A stretch of DNA of 64,000 bases from contig CAMHAM010000009.1 of the NCBI GenBank assembly GCA_946183415.1, positions 19,797-83,796 of the forward strand, given 5' to 3'. The notes beneath the pieces are model-generated. The model was not told where the DNA came from. It saw only the letters and a program-made list of their open reading frames with translations, and did no database searches. Shown here piece after piece: positions 20,391 through 29,801 of this stretch; within the stretch, counting starts at the first letter, position 1, and every line of letters starts with the position of its first letter. Both the position numbers and the translations under genes were made by a program. This DNA is from an uncultured Prevotella sp. (GTDB lineage: Bacteria; Bacteroidota; Bacteroidia; Bacteroidales; Bacteroidaceae).

Positions 20391-21977
20391 TTATTTGTCA
20401 TAAGCGTGTACGGGGTAATCGGTGGTGAAATGAAGCCCTCGGCATTCTTTGCGCTCCAGAGCCCAACGAGTGATGAGATAGCCTACGTTGATCATGTTGC
20501 GCAGTTCGCAGATATCCTTCGAGGCCTTCACGCGTTTGAAGAGTCGCTCCGTCTCCTCGTAGAGCATGTCGAGACGATCCCAGGCACGGTGCAGGCGCAG
20601 GTCTGAACGGACGATTCCCACATAGTTGGACATGATCTGATTGACCTCTTTCACACTCTGGGTGATGAGCACCTTCTCCTCATTGGTCATCGTGCCTTCA
20701 TCATTCCACTCTGGCACTTTCTCGTTGAAGTCATAGTAGTCGACATGCTCGAGCGAGTTCTTCGCAGCAGCATCGGCATAGACCACAGCCTCGATGAGAG
20801 AGTTGGAGGCGAGACGGTTGCCACCGTGCAGACCAGTGCAGGAGCACTCGCCTAAGGCATAGAGGCGCTCGATAGACGTCTGACCATTCAGATCGACCTT
20901 GATACCACCACACATATAGTGGGCAGCAGGGCGCACAGGGATATAATCGGTGGTGATGTCGATACCTATGGAGAGACACTTCTGGTAGATGTTGGGGAAG
21001 TGACGGCGTGTCTCTTCAGGATCCTTATGGGTGACATCGAGGCATACATGATCGATACCATGGATCTTCATCTCCTTATCGATGGCACGGGCTACGATAT
21101 CGCGTGGTGCCAGCGAGAGGCGCTCGTCGTATTTCTCCATGAACGTATTCCCGTTGGGCAGTTTCAGGATGCCGCCATAGCCACGCATGGCCTCTGTGAT
21201 GAGGTAGGCTGGGTGGGTCTCGTTGGGATTATGCAGCACTGTGGGGTGGAACTGTACGAACTCCATATCGGCTACTGTTCCCTTGGCGCGATACACCATG
21301 GCGATACCGTCGCCAGTGGCGATGACGGGGTTGGAGGTCGTCAGATAGACAGCACCACAACCACCTGTACACATCACTGTCACCTTACTTAAATAGGTGT
21401 CTACCTTCTGCGTGTCAGGATTGAGCACGTATGCCCCATAGCAGTTGATATATGGTGAACGACGGGTGACTTTGGCACCCAGATGGTGCTGGGTGATAAT
21501 CTCCACAGCGAAGTGGTTCTCCTTGATTTCGATATCGGGATTGCTTTTCACGGCCTCCATCAGTCCACGCTGAATCTCTGCACCAGTATCATCGGCATGG
21601 TGGAGGATGCGAAACTCCGAGTGTCCGCCCTCGCGATGCAGGTCGAAGGTGCCATCCTCCTTCTTGTCGAAGTTGACGCCCCAGTTGACGAGCTCCTGTA
21701 TCTGCTCAGGAGCCTTGCGCACTACTTGTTCTACAGCCTTACGGTCGGAGATGTAGTCGCCGGCAATCATTGTGTCCTCGATGTGCTTGTCGAAATTGTC
21801 GAGCTCGAGGTTAGTGACACTCGCTACGCCACCCTGTGCAAACGAGGTGTTAGCCTCGTCGAGCGACGTCTTGCAGATCATACACACCTTGCCTTTCTTG
21901 GCGCGTGCTACTTTCAGTGCGTAGCTCATACCAGCCACACCTGCACCAATCACGAGAAAGTCGTATTTATATACCAT
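20391..21977 (-). CDS. nadB: L-aspartate oxidase
   Basis: FAQGGVA, REGGHS, EFVQFHPT, LAPRDIVARA, GLHGGNRLASNSLIE. Confidence 0.95.
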   Translation of the reverse strand: MVYKYDFLVIGAGVAGMSYALKVARAKKGKVCMICKTSLDEANTSFAQGGVASVTNLELDNFDKHIEDTMIAGDYISDRKAVEQVVRKAPEQIQELVNWGVNFDKKEDGTFDLHREGGHSEFRILHHADDTGAEIQRGLMEAVKSNPDIEIKENHFAVEIITQHHLGAKVTRRSPYINCYGAYVLNPDTQKVDTYLSKVTVMCTGGCGAVYLTTSNPVIATGDGIAMVYRAKGTVADMEFVQFHPTVLHNPNETHPAYLITEAMRGYGGILKLPNGNTFMEKYDERLSLAPRDIVARAIDKEMKIHGIDHVCLDVTHKDPEETRRHFPNIYQKCLSIGIDITTDYIPVRPAAHYMCGGIKVDLNGQTSIERLYALGECSCTGLHGGNRLASNSLIEAVVYADAAAKNSLEHVDYYDFNEKVPEWNDEGTMTNEEKVLITQSVKEVNQIMSNYVGIVRSDLRLHRAWDRLDMLYEETERLFKRVKASKDICELRNMINVGYLITRWALERKECRGLHFTTDYPVHAYDK

Positions 21978-22119
21978 AATTTGATTTGTTTTTTGAATGT
22001 TGGTGCAAAGATAGTCTTTTTTTTAGACAAAAGAACAAAAGAAACATAATTTTTATGTTCTTATATGCTATTTACTGAATATTTTTTGTATCTTTGCAGC
22101 AGAACCAAGACACAATGAC

Positions 22120-23337
22120 ATGAAGAAGAGACTATGGCTAATGATATTGATACTGGCTCCGCTGGCTGCACTCGCACAACAAGTGCTTGTGAGTGGAACC
22201 GTTGTTGATGATAAGACAGGGCGCCCGCTTCGTCAGGTAAGTATTGCTGCAGGCAGAGTGTCGGTGGTAACCAACGAGGACGGAGTGTTCACCCTGAAGT
22301 TCGACAAGATGCCGTCGACAGTATCTGTATCGCATCTGGGATATAAGACGCGCAAGGTGAGTCTTTCTGAACAGAGGACGGAGAACCTGCTGATTCGTAT
22401 GGAGCCTACCACGATACAGTTGCGCGAGATTGTGGTCAGAACCAATAATCCGCGTGAACTGGTGGATATTGCCATCAAGAAGATTCCAGAGAACTACAGT
22501 AAGGTGCCTGAGTTGTTGAAGGCCTTCTATCGTGAGACGGCCATGAAGCGCAAACATTATATATACGTGGCCGAGGGTGTCGAAGATATGTACAAGACAC
22601 CTTATACACGTAGTGTCGGACGCGATCGGGTAGCTATCATCAAGGGTCGTCGTCTGCTGAGTCAGAAACAGGGTGATACGTTGGGCGTGAAAGTGATGGG
22701 TGGCCCTGTGCTGCCTGTAGAGCTCGATGTGGTGAAGAACCACCAGTTCCTGTTGAACAAGGAGGAACTTGACTGCTATAAGTTCAGTATGGACATACCC
22801 GAGTATATCAACGACCGTCTGCAGTATGTGGTCAAGATAGAGCCAGGAGAGGTGAAGGAATATGCGCTCTTTAATGGCAGATTCTACATCGACAGTGAGC
22901 GTCTCGCCTTTACACGAATTGAACTGGAACTCGACATGAGCGACAAGGATAAGGCCACGAACAGAATGCTTGTCAAAAAGCCATTTGGCGTGAGGTTCAA
23001 GCCCCGTGAGTTGTCGTGTGTCATCGACTATCGTTTTGAAGACGGAGTGACACGTATCAGTTATCTGCGCAATATTTTCCGATTCAACTGTGATTGGAAG
23101 AAGCGCCTCTTTGCCACCTCGTTTACGGCTACCTGTGAGATGGTGGTTACTGATAGTCAGTCGCAGGATGTGCAGCCCATTGCCAGTCGAAGTTCATTCG
23201 ACTCAAGGGATGCCTATTACGATAAAGTGGAATATTTCCTGGATCCAGAATACTGGAGCCGGTATAACATCATAGAACCCTCGGAGTCGTTGGACAAGGC
23301 CATCCGTAAATTGGTGTCCAAGTACAGGAGGAATTAG
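22120..23337 (+). CDS. Secreted protein with carboxypeptidase-like regulatory domain
   Basis: Signal peptide, then SGTVVD..TNEDGVF..VSHLGY (CarbopepD_reg-like), followed by an unassigned domain. Confidence 0.7.
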   Translation: MKKRLWLMILILAPLAALAQQVLVSGTVVDDKTGRPLRQVSIAAGRVSVVTNEDGVFTLKFDKMPSTVSVSHLGYKTRKVSLSEQRTENLLIRMEPTTIQLREIVVRTNNPRELVDIAIKKIPENYSKVPELLKAFYRETAMKRKHYIYVAEGVEDMYKTPYTRSVGRDRVAIIKGRRLLSQKQGDTLGVKVMGGPVLPVELDVVKNHQFLLNKEELDCYKFSMDIPEYINDRLQYVVKIEPGEVKEYALFNGRFYIDSERLAFTRIELELDMSDKDKATNRMLVKKPFGVRFKPRELSCVIDYRFEDGVTRISYLRNIFRFNCDWKKRLFATSFTATCEMVVTDSQSQDVQPIASRSSFDSRDAYYDKVEYFLDPEYWSRYNIIEPSESLDKAIRKLVSKYRRN

Positions 23338-23364
23338 TTTATAGTTTAAAGTTTGTAGTTTAGA

Positions 23365-24534
23365 GTGAAAATACATAAAAGAAATATACTATCGTTGATT
23401 TTTGTGGGGTGCTCGTTTATCGGTTTGCAGGCGCAGACCGATAGTATTCAGGCGCGCCTCGATTCTCTCATGAAGGATCCCCTGCTCGAACGTACACAAC
23501 TCGGCTTGTTGGTCTACGACCTTACAGCCGATTCTACGATTTATAGTTATGGTGCCAAGCAGACGCTCCGTCCTGCCTCTGCCATGAAGTTGCTTACGGC
23601 TGTGACTGCCCTGGATCAGTTGGGTGGCGACTATCAGTATCGCACCTCTCTGCTCTATACTGGTGAGGTGAAGGACAGTGTGCTCCTTGGTGATATCTAT
23701 TGTGTAGGAGGGATGGACCCTATGTTCGATGAAGACGATATGAATGTCTTCGTGCGCAGCATCTGTGCACTGGGTATCGACAGTATTCATGGCCGATTGG
23801 TGGCCACGACCTCCTTCAAGGAAGAAAACCTTCTGGGAGAGGGCTGGTGCTGGGATGACGATAATCCACAGCTTTCACCTCTGTTAGTATCACGTAAGAA
23901 CGAATTTCTCGACTGCCTCTCAGAGAAACTGCGCAGATCGGGTATCGCTCTCGATGCACCTTATGCCACAGGCACCCTCCCTAAGAACGCCCTGAACCTC
24001 AGCACGCGTTACCGTCCGCTGAAGGAGATCCTGGTGCCGATGATGAAGGAGAGCGACAACCTCTATGCCGAGTCGATGTTCTTCCAGATTGCTGCGAAAA
24101 TGGGACCGCGTCCAGCTAAGGCGTCTCATGCCCGTCAGCTCATCAAGACCACGCTGGGTAAGGCCGGTGTCGAGAATATCCAGTATAAGATTGCTGACGG
24201 CAGCGGACTCTCGCTCTATAACTATGTGACACCAGAGTTGATGGTGAAACTGCTGGTTTATGCCTATCGCAAGTCGGATATCATCTATCATCTCTATTCA
24301 GCCCTGCCCATAGCCGGTGAAGACGGTACATTGAAGAAACGAATGCAGAAGACACCAGCGAGTGGACGTGTGAGGGCGAAGACTGGTACACTGACGGGTA
24401 TCTCTTCACTCGCAGGCTATTGCCCCACGTCGCAGGGGCACATGCTGGCCTTCTGTATCATCAACCAGGGTGTGATGAAGAACAGTGACGGACGCGATTT
24501 CCAAGATAGAATATGTAAAGCTCTTTGTGAATGA
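23365..24534 (+). CDS. dacB: D-alanyl-D-alanine carboxypeptidase/endopeptidase (PBP4, peptidase S13)
   Basis: PASAMKL (SxxK), KESDNLYAE (SxN), DGSGLS, AKTGTL (KTG). Confidence 0.9.
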   Translation: MKIHKRNILSLIFVGCSFIGLQAQTDSIQARLDSLMKDPLLERTQLGLLVYDLTADSTIYSYGAKQTLRPASAMKLLTAVTALDQLGGDYQYRTSLLYTGEVKDSVLLGDIYCVGGMDPMFDEDDMNVFVRSICALGIDSIHGRLVATTSFKEENLLGEGWCWDDDNPQLSPLLVSRKNEFLDCLSEKLRRSGIALDAPYATGTLPKNALNLSTRYRPLKEILVPMMKESDNLYAESMFFQIAAKMGPRPAKASHARQLIKTTLGKAGVENIQYKIADGSGLSLYNYVTPELMVKLLVYAYRKSDIIYHLYSALPIAGEDGTLKKRMQKTPASGRVRAKTGTLTGISSLAGYCPTSQGHMLAFCIINQGVMKNSDGRDFQDRICKALCE

Positions 24535-25643
24535 TGGACGAGATTAATCTTTATATGGAACGGATCATCAGTCTGACAGGACTGACGGGCGATTACGTGC
24601 CAGTGGTGCGTTATGCCTTCTGGGTAGTGCTGGCCTTTGTTTTGGCATGGCTGGCAGGTAAACTGTGTCGCATGTGGATTGTACCACTGCTGATGAAGAT
24701 TACCAGTAAGACCGATGCGAAGTGGGACGATGTGATCTTCAGCGAAAAGGTACTCGTCTCTGCCTCGCGCATCATCCCTGCCATTGTCATCTGGTCGCTG
24801 TTGCCTCTGGTGTTCTTTGAATATCCGAAGGTGGCTGAGGTGGTAGGGCGCCTGACGGCTATCTATTTCACGGTGATGCTCACCCGTACGATCATCGTCT
24901 TCATCGACTCGTTCAAGGAGATCGATCATGGGACTCGCACTTCGCGCCAGCAATATATCTATAGCATCTGTGGCGTGTTGAAGATCTTGATGCTCTTCAT
25001 AGCAGCCATCGTGGTCATCTCGATTGTCATCGACAAGGATCCCTCGACACTCATTGCTGGCTTGGGAGCTGCATCAGCCATCCTGATGCTCGCCTTTCAG
25101 GACACCATCAAGGGACTGGTGGCTGGCATCCGTCTGGCCTCCAATGATATGCTCCATATCGGCGACTGGATTACCGTGCCCTCTGCAGGGGCTAATGGCA
25201 AGGTAGAGGAGATTACGCTCACCACGGTGAAGGTGCGCAACTTCGACAATACCATCGTGACCGTATCGCCTCAGGCACTCGTCGACGGCTCTTTCCAGAA
25301 CTGGCAGGGTATGCTCCAAAACGAGGGGCGCAAGCAGGTGAGGCAGGTGTACTTCGACTTCCGTTCATTGAAGATCGACGATGATGGCGTGGCCAATATC
25401 ACGAAGTTCCGTTCTCATATAGAGGACTGGCTCAAGGCTCAGGAGCAGGTGGTTGCAGACAAGCCTGTTCTTGTGCGCCAGGCAGAGTTCTCTCAGGCTG
25501 GCTGTTGTGTGGAGATCATGTTCTGGCTGAAGGCTCAGAATGCACTCGACTACGAGCACGACACCAGTAACATCATGGAGTATATCTTTGCCAAGAGTGC
25601 CGATTTCGGCCTTCGTATCTATCAGCAATTCCCAGAGCAGTGA
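24531..25643 (+). CDS. Mechanosensitive ion channel, MscS family (YbdG-like)
   Basis: Several TM helices, GLGAASAILMLAFQDTI, IGDWI, TTVKVRNFDNT, FQNWQGM. Confidence 0.85.
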   Translation: MMDEINLYMERIISLTGLTGDYVPVVRYAFWVVLAFVLAWLAGKLCRMWIVPLLMKITSKTDAKWDDVIFSEKVLVSASRIIPAIVIWSLLPLVFFEYPKVAEVVGRLTAIYFTVMLTRTIIVFIDSFKEIDHGTRTSRQQYIYSICGVLKILMLFIAAIVVISIVIDKDPSTLIAGLGAASAILMLAFQDTIKGLVAGIRLASNDMLHIGDWITVPSAGANGKVEEITLTTVKVRNFDNTIVTVSPQALVDGSFQNWQGMLQNEGRKQVRQVYFDFRSLKIDDDGVANITKFRSHIEDWLKAQEQVVADKPVLVRQAEFSQAGCCVEIMFWLKAQNALDYEHDTSNIMEYIFAKSADFGLRIYQQFPEQ

Positions 25644-25672
25644 AAAGGTAAAAAAAGTAAAAAAGTAAAATA
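25643..25672 (+). repeat. Intergenic (AARGTAAA)-type repeat
   Basis: aaggtaaa aaaagtaaa aaagtaaaa between mscS and serB; same unit as 11256-11292. Confidence 0.6.
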
Positions 25673-26914
25673 ATGGAGAAAGAAATAAAGCAAGAACAGA
25701 TATTAGTGAGGATTACAGGTCAGGATCGTCCAGGACTGACAGCCTCTGTTATGGGCATCCTTGCCAAGTATGATGCACAGATTCTCGATATCGGACAGGC
25801 TGATATCCACTCTACGCTCTCACTGGGCATCCTTATCCGTATGGAAGAGACCCACTCCGGGCAGGTCATGAAGGAACTCCTCTTCAAGGCCACCGAACTG
25901 GGTGTGCAGATAGGCTTCTCGCCCATCAGCGACGATGAGTACGAGGACTGGGTAGGCCATCAGGGTAAGAACCGTTATATCCTCATGGTGATGGGTCGCC
26001 AGCTCGAGGCCCGTCAGATTGAAGGTGCCACACGCATCCTTGCTGACCAGGGCTTTAACATCGACTCTATCCTGCGGCTCACAGGGCGCAAGAGTATCAA
26101 GAACCCAGGTAAGCACACCCGTGCCTGCATACAGTTCTCACTGCGTGGCGAACCTGCCGATCGTCAGGAGATGCAGTCGAAGCTCATGAAACTGTCGCAG
26201 GAGATGGATATCGACTTCTCCTTCCAGCGCGATGATATGTTCCGTCGTATGCGCCGCCTGATCTGTTTCGATATGGACTCTACATTGATTCAGACTGAGT
26301 GTATCGACGAACTTGCTGAGCGCAATGGAGTAGGGGCTGAGGTGCGTGCCATCACGGAGAGTGCCATGCGTGGCGAGATTGATTTCAAGGAGAGTTTCAC
26401 CCGTCGTGTGGCACTCTTGAAGGGACTCGATGTCAGTGTGATGCAGGAGATAGCAGAGAATCTGCCCATCACCGAAGGCGCTGATCGCCTGATGACGATC
26501 CTGAAGCGCTGTGGCTATAAGATTGCCATCCTCTCTGGAGGATTCACCTATTTCGGTGAGTACCTGCAGCGCCGTTATGGCATCGATTATGTCTATGCCA
26601 ACGAACTCGAGATCGGTGAGGATGGTAAGCTCACGGGTCACTATGTGGGTGAGATTGTCGACGGCCATCGTAAGGCTGAGCTTTTGAAACTCATTGCTCA
26701 GGTGGAGAAGGTGAATCTGGCGCAGACCATTGCCGTGGGCGATGGTGCCAACGACCTCCCGATGATCTCTGAGGCTGGTCTGGGCATCGCCTTCCATGCG
26801 AAGCCTCGTGTCGTGGCCAATGCCAAGCAGAGCATCAATACCATCGGCCTCGATGGTGTGCTCTATTTCCTCGGCTTCAAAGATTCGTATTTGGGTGATC
26901 AAGGAAAGCTTTGA
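25673..26914 (+). CDS. serB: Phosphoserine phosphatase with ACT domains
   Basis: ITGQDRPG (ACT), FDMDSTLI, LSGGF, VGDGANDLPM. Confidence 0.95.
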   Translation: MEKEIKQEQILVRITGQDRPGLTASVMGILAKYDAQILDIGQADIHSTLSLGILIRMEETHSGQVMKELLFKATELGVQIGFSPISDDEYEDWVGHQGKNRYILMVMGRQLEARQIEGATRILADQGFNIDSILRLTGRKSIKNPGKHTRACIQFSLRGEPADRQEMQSKLMKLSQEMDIDFSFQRDDMFRRMRRLICFDMDSTLIQTECIDELAERNGVGAEVRAITESAMRGEIDFKESFTRRVALLKGLDVSVMQEIAENLPITEGADRLMTILKRCGYKIAILSGGFTYFGEYLQRRYGIDYVYANELEIGEDGKLTGHYVGEIVDGHRKAELLKLIAQVEKVNLAQTIAVGDGANDLPMISEAGLGIAFHAKPRVVANAKQSINTIGLDGVLYFLGFKDSYLGDQGKL

Positions 26915-26923
26915 TTTCTTCTA

Positions 26924-27964
26924 ATGAACTTTGCACTGACATTGCTGAACTGGTTTCGTGAGAACGGACGCGACCTGCCTTGGCGGCAGACGCATGACCC
27001 GTATGCCATCTGGCTCTCCGAGATTATCCTCCAACAGACTCAGGTGAAACAAGGGTGGGAGTACTGGGAGCGCTTTATGCATCGCTGGCCCACCGTTGAG
27101 GCCCTCGCTGAGGCTACAGAGGATGAGGTGCTGCGCGAGTGGCAGGGGCTGGGTTATTACAGCAGGGCGCGAAATCTTCACTTCGCTGCGAAACAGATTG
27201 TGGCTCTTGGCCATTTCCCCAATACATTAGAAGAGATCAAACAACTGAAGGGCGTTGGCGACTATACGGCTGCTGCCATTGGGAGCATCGCTTTCGGACT
27301 GCCAGCTGCAGTCGTCGATGGTAATGTCTATCGTGTCCTCGCCCGTCATTTCGGCATCGATACCCCCATCAATACCACTGAGGGTAAGAAACTCTTCCAG
27401 TCCCTCGCCCAATCCCTTTTACCCTCGTCAGAACACTCTGACATATCTCCTTCCTCGTTCCTCCTTTCTCGTTCCTCCTTCCTCGTTCCTCCATCCTCGG
27501 AATACAATCAGGCCATCATGGACTTCGGCGCCCTCCAGTGTACACCAGTTTCTCCGAATTGTAGTGTATGCCCCTTGATGGAATCCTGCGAGGCGCTTCG
27601 CTCTAACCGTGTCAAGGAACTCCCCGTCAAACTCAAGACTCTCAAGATACGTGAGCGCCACCTTATTTATATATATGTACGCTGTAACGGCCATACGGCC
27701 ATCCATCGTCGTGGCTCAGGTGACATCTGGCAAGGACTTTGGGAGCCTTGGCTCGTCGACGAGGTGCCTGCTGGTGCAGTGATTCTTCGTCGGCATGTGA
27801 AGCACGTGCTCACCCATCGCATCCTCTATGCAGATTTCTACCTTTGGGAAGTCGAAGAGAGACCGTCACTTCCCCCCGAATATATTTGGATTCCGGAAAG
27901 TGACATCGATCACTATGCTCTGCCCCGACTGATAGAAAATCTTCTTGATTATCAAGAATTATGA
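26924..27964 (+). CDS. mutY: A/G-specific adenine glycosylase
   Basis: RDLPWR, WLSEIILQQTQV, WQGLGYYSRARN, VDGNVYRV, Fe-S motif CTPVSPNCSVCPLMESC. Confidence 0.93.
   Translation: MNFALTLLNWFRENGRDLPWRQTHDPYAIWLSEIILQQTQVKQGWEYWERFMHRWPTVEALAEATEDEVLREWQGLGYYSRARNLHFAAKQIVALGHFPNTLEEIKQLKGVGDYTAAAIGSIAFGLPAAVVDGNVYRVLARHFGIDTPINTTEGKKLFQSLAQSLLPSSEHSDISPSSFLLSRSSFLVPPSSEYNQAIMDFGALQCTPVSPNCSVCPLMESCEALRSNRVKELPVKLKTLKIRERHLIYIYVRCNGHTAIHRRGSGDIWQGLWEPWLVDEVPAGAVILRRHVKHVLTHRILYADFYLWEVEERPSLPPEYIWIPESDIDHYALPRLIENLLDYQEL
27444..27499 (+). repeat. Heptamer tandem repeat (TTCCTCS)x7-8, in frame inside mutY
   Basis: ttcctcg ttcctcc tttctcg ttcctcc ttcctcg ttcctcc atcctcg, encoding ISPSSFLLSRSSFLVPPSS. 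Confidence 0.9.
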
Positions 27965-28036
27965 TTTCAGCCTACTTAATATCAATAGAACCTTTGGAGT
28001 TTTCCCGTTTTTTGTTTATTTTTGCAGCTGATATAA

Positions 28037-29620
28037 ATGACTAGGCATATGCATAAGATATTCTTGCGTACCTTATTATATATAATAGGTGTAACGTTGT
28101 TGGCTTCATGTACTGAAGAGAAGGTATATAAGATTGGGGTGGCACAGTGCTCAAAAGGCCCTTGGCGTGAGAAAGTGAACCAAGAGATGCTTGCTGCCCA
28201 GCATTTATACGAGCACGATGTCAAGGTTAGCATTGCTAATTCGGTTGATAACCCTGAATTGCAGGTTCATCAGATAGATAGTTTGGCTCAGACTGATATA
28301 GACCTGATGGTGGTTGCTCCCTATGAGGATATACAGATTATCAATGATGCCATAGCTCGAGTCCTTAAGGCTGGCATTCCTGTTGTCAGCTTTGATCGCA
28401 AAACTAGTGCAGACTATACCGCTTTTATTGGAGGCAATAATGTCGAGGCTGGTTATATTGTGGGGCAATATATTGCTTCGATAGTCAGAGGCCAGAACCA
28501 TCCGAAGGGCAGGAAACCTTTGGTGGTCGAGATTACAGGATTGCTGAGCAGCACACCTGCCCTTGAGCGTCATCGCGGTTTTGAATCAGCCATGAAAGCT
28601 TTACCAGAGGTGGAGTATGTTTGTCGGAAAAGCGATTGGTCGAGTGACGCATCCTGCAATATTGTTACTCAATTGATTGATTCGCTCCGACGGTCTGACG
28701 CTAGCCAGTTGGACAACACCTTTGTATTCTGCCACAACGACGGAATGGCAACGGGGGTGTATAAAGCTGTGGTAGAACAAAATGTTGAGGGTCGTATTAA
28801 GATCCTGGGTATTGACGGTATGCCAGGCGAGGGGCTGGAGTATGTAAAACTGGGGCATCAGGTAGGTACCTATTTTTATCCTACTCATGGCGAAAAGATT
28901 ATCAGACTTGCACTTGATATCTTGACGGGCAAACCTTATGAACGCGAAAACCCGTTACTGGGTTTTGTCGTCACGCCCGACAATGTAGATCTGGTCATAA
29001 CAGAGGCTTCTGAGCTGATGAAGCAGAATGATGATCTGGTGACCATTCACGACAAGCTGGAGGACTCGATGGTGCTTTACAACACACAGCACAAGGTGCT
29101 TGTGGGCAGCTTTGTGACTATCGCCGTTCTGGTCTTGGCTATTATCATGATACTGTTTGCATTGTGGCTGACGAAGAAGAACATACGTAAGCGTCAGAAT
29201 ATGAATGTGGAGCAGACGCTGTTCTATACCGATGCCAGCAATCGACGTCTGCACGAGATATTCGTGACGCCTACAGAAGAGATGCCAGCCCCCAAGAGCC
29301 AGGATATGCTCTTCGCAGAACAGCTGAATGAGGCCATTCGGAAGAATATGTCGAACCCTAATCTGAAGATGGACGAACTTGGTGAGGAGATGGGACTGAG
29401 CCGCGTACAATTATACAGGAAGGTGAAAAGCATAACAGGGCAGACACCTGTGGAACTGCTACGCCAGATGAGACTACAGCATGCTTATGCCTTGTTGACA
29501 TCAACCACAAAAACTGTTTCGGAAATAGCGTACGAGGTGGGCTTTGGCACCCCGGGTTATTTCTCAACTTGCTTTAAGAAACAGTTTGGTAAGTATCCAA
29601 CAGAACTGAGGGCGGAGTAA
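28037..29620 (+). CDS. Membrane-spanning regulator: periplasmic sugar-binding (RbsB/BT1754-like) domain, TM helix and AraC HTH, without kinase or receiver domains
   Basis: KIGVAQCS..WREKVNQEM, IPVVSFDRK, FCHNDGMA, LGIDGMP; TM VLVGSFVTIAVLVLAIIMILFALW; SRVQLYRKVK and IAYEVGFGTPGYFSTCFKKQFG; alternative start at 28049. Confidence 0.85.
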   Translation: MTRHMHKIFLRTLLYIIGVTLLASCTEEKVYKIGVAQCSKGPWREKVNQEMLAAQHLYEHDVKVSIANSVDNPELQVHQIDSLAQTDIDLMVVAPYEDIQIINDAIARVLKAGIPVVSFDRKTSADYTAFIGGNNVEAGYIVGQYIASIVRGQNHPKGRKPLVVEITGLLSSTPALERHRGFESAMKALPEVEYVCRKSDWSSDASCNIVTQLIDSLRRSDASQLDNTFVFCHNDGMATGVYKAVVEQNVEGRIKILGIDGMPGEGLEYVKLGHQVGTYFYPTHGEKIIRLALDILTGKPYERENPLLGFVVTPDNVDLVITEASELMKQNDDLVTIHDKLEDSMVLYNTQHKVLVGSFVTIAVLVLAIIMILFALWLTKKNIRKRQNMNVEQTLFYTDASNRRLHEIFVTPTEEMPAPKSQDMLFAEQLNEAIRKNMSNPNLKMDELGEEMGLSRVQLYRKVKSITGQTPVELLRQMRLQHAYALLTSTTKTVSEIAYEVGFGTPGYFSTCFKKQFGKYPTELRAE

Positions 29621-29634
29621 TATCCGCCCTTTTC
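29608..29634 (+). terminator. Terminator after the regulator gene
   Basis: AGGGCGGA-gtaata-TCCGCCCT followed by TTT. Confidence 0.6.
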
Positions 29635-29652
29635 CTTTATATAAAGGGGAGT

Positions 29653-29753
29653 TGACGTTTTTGACATAATAGTCAACGATTGTTTCATGTAACATTTTTG
29701 CGAGGTTCTGAACGATTTTTGCTATACCTGCACGTATGATAATAGTACTTTTG
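29653..29753 (+). promoter_or_regulatory. susC promoter with tandem direct repeats (candidate AraC-domain operator)
   Basis: GACGTTTTTG/AACGATTGTTTC and AACATTTTTG/AACGATTTTTG pairs spaced 20-21 bp; -7 box TACTTTTG at 29746-29753. Confidence 0.55.
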
Positions 29754-29801
29754 CAGCAAATTTTAATTCACAGAAGTACTAACAATTTTAAACGATCAAC
29801 A

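Noticed and set aside
29736-29801. Extended N-termini in the ORF track (susC, DUF4251, ruvA, DUF486, DUF3822, hipB, crp, ATPase)
   Set aside because: The extensions run through promoter boxes or upstream genes; downstream ATGs give proper signal peptides or family N-termini
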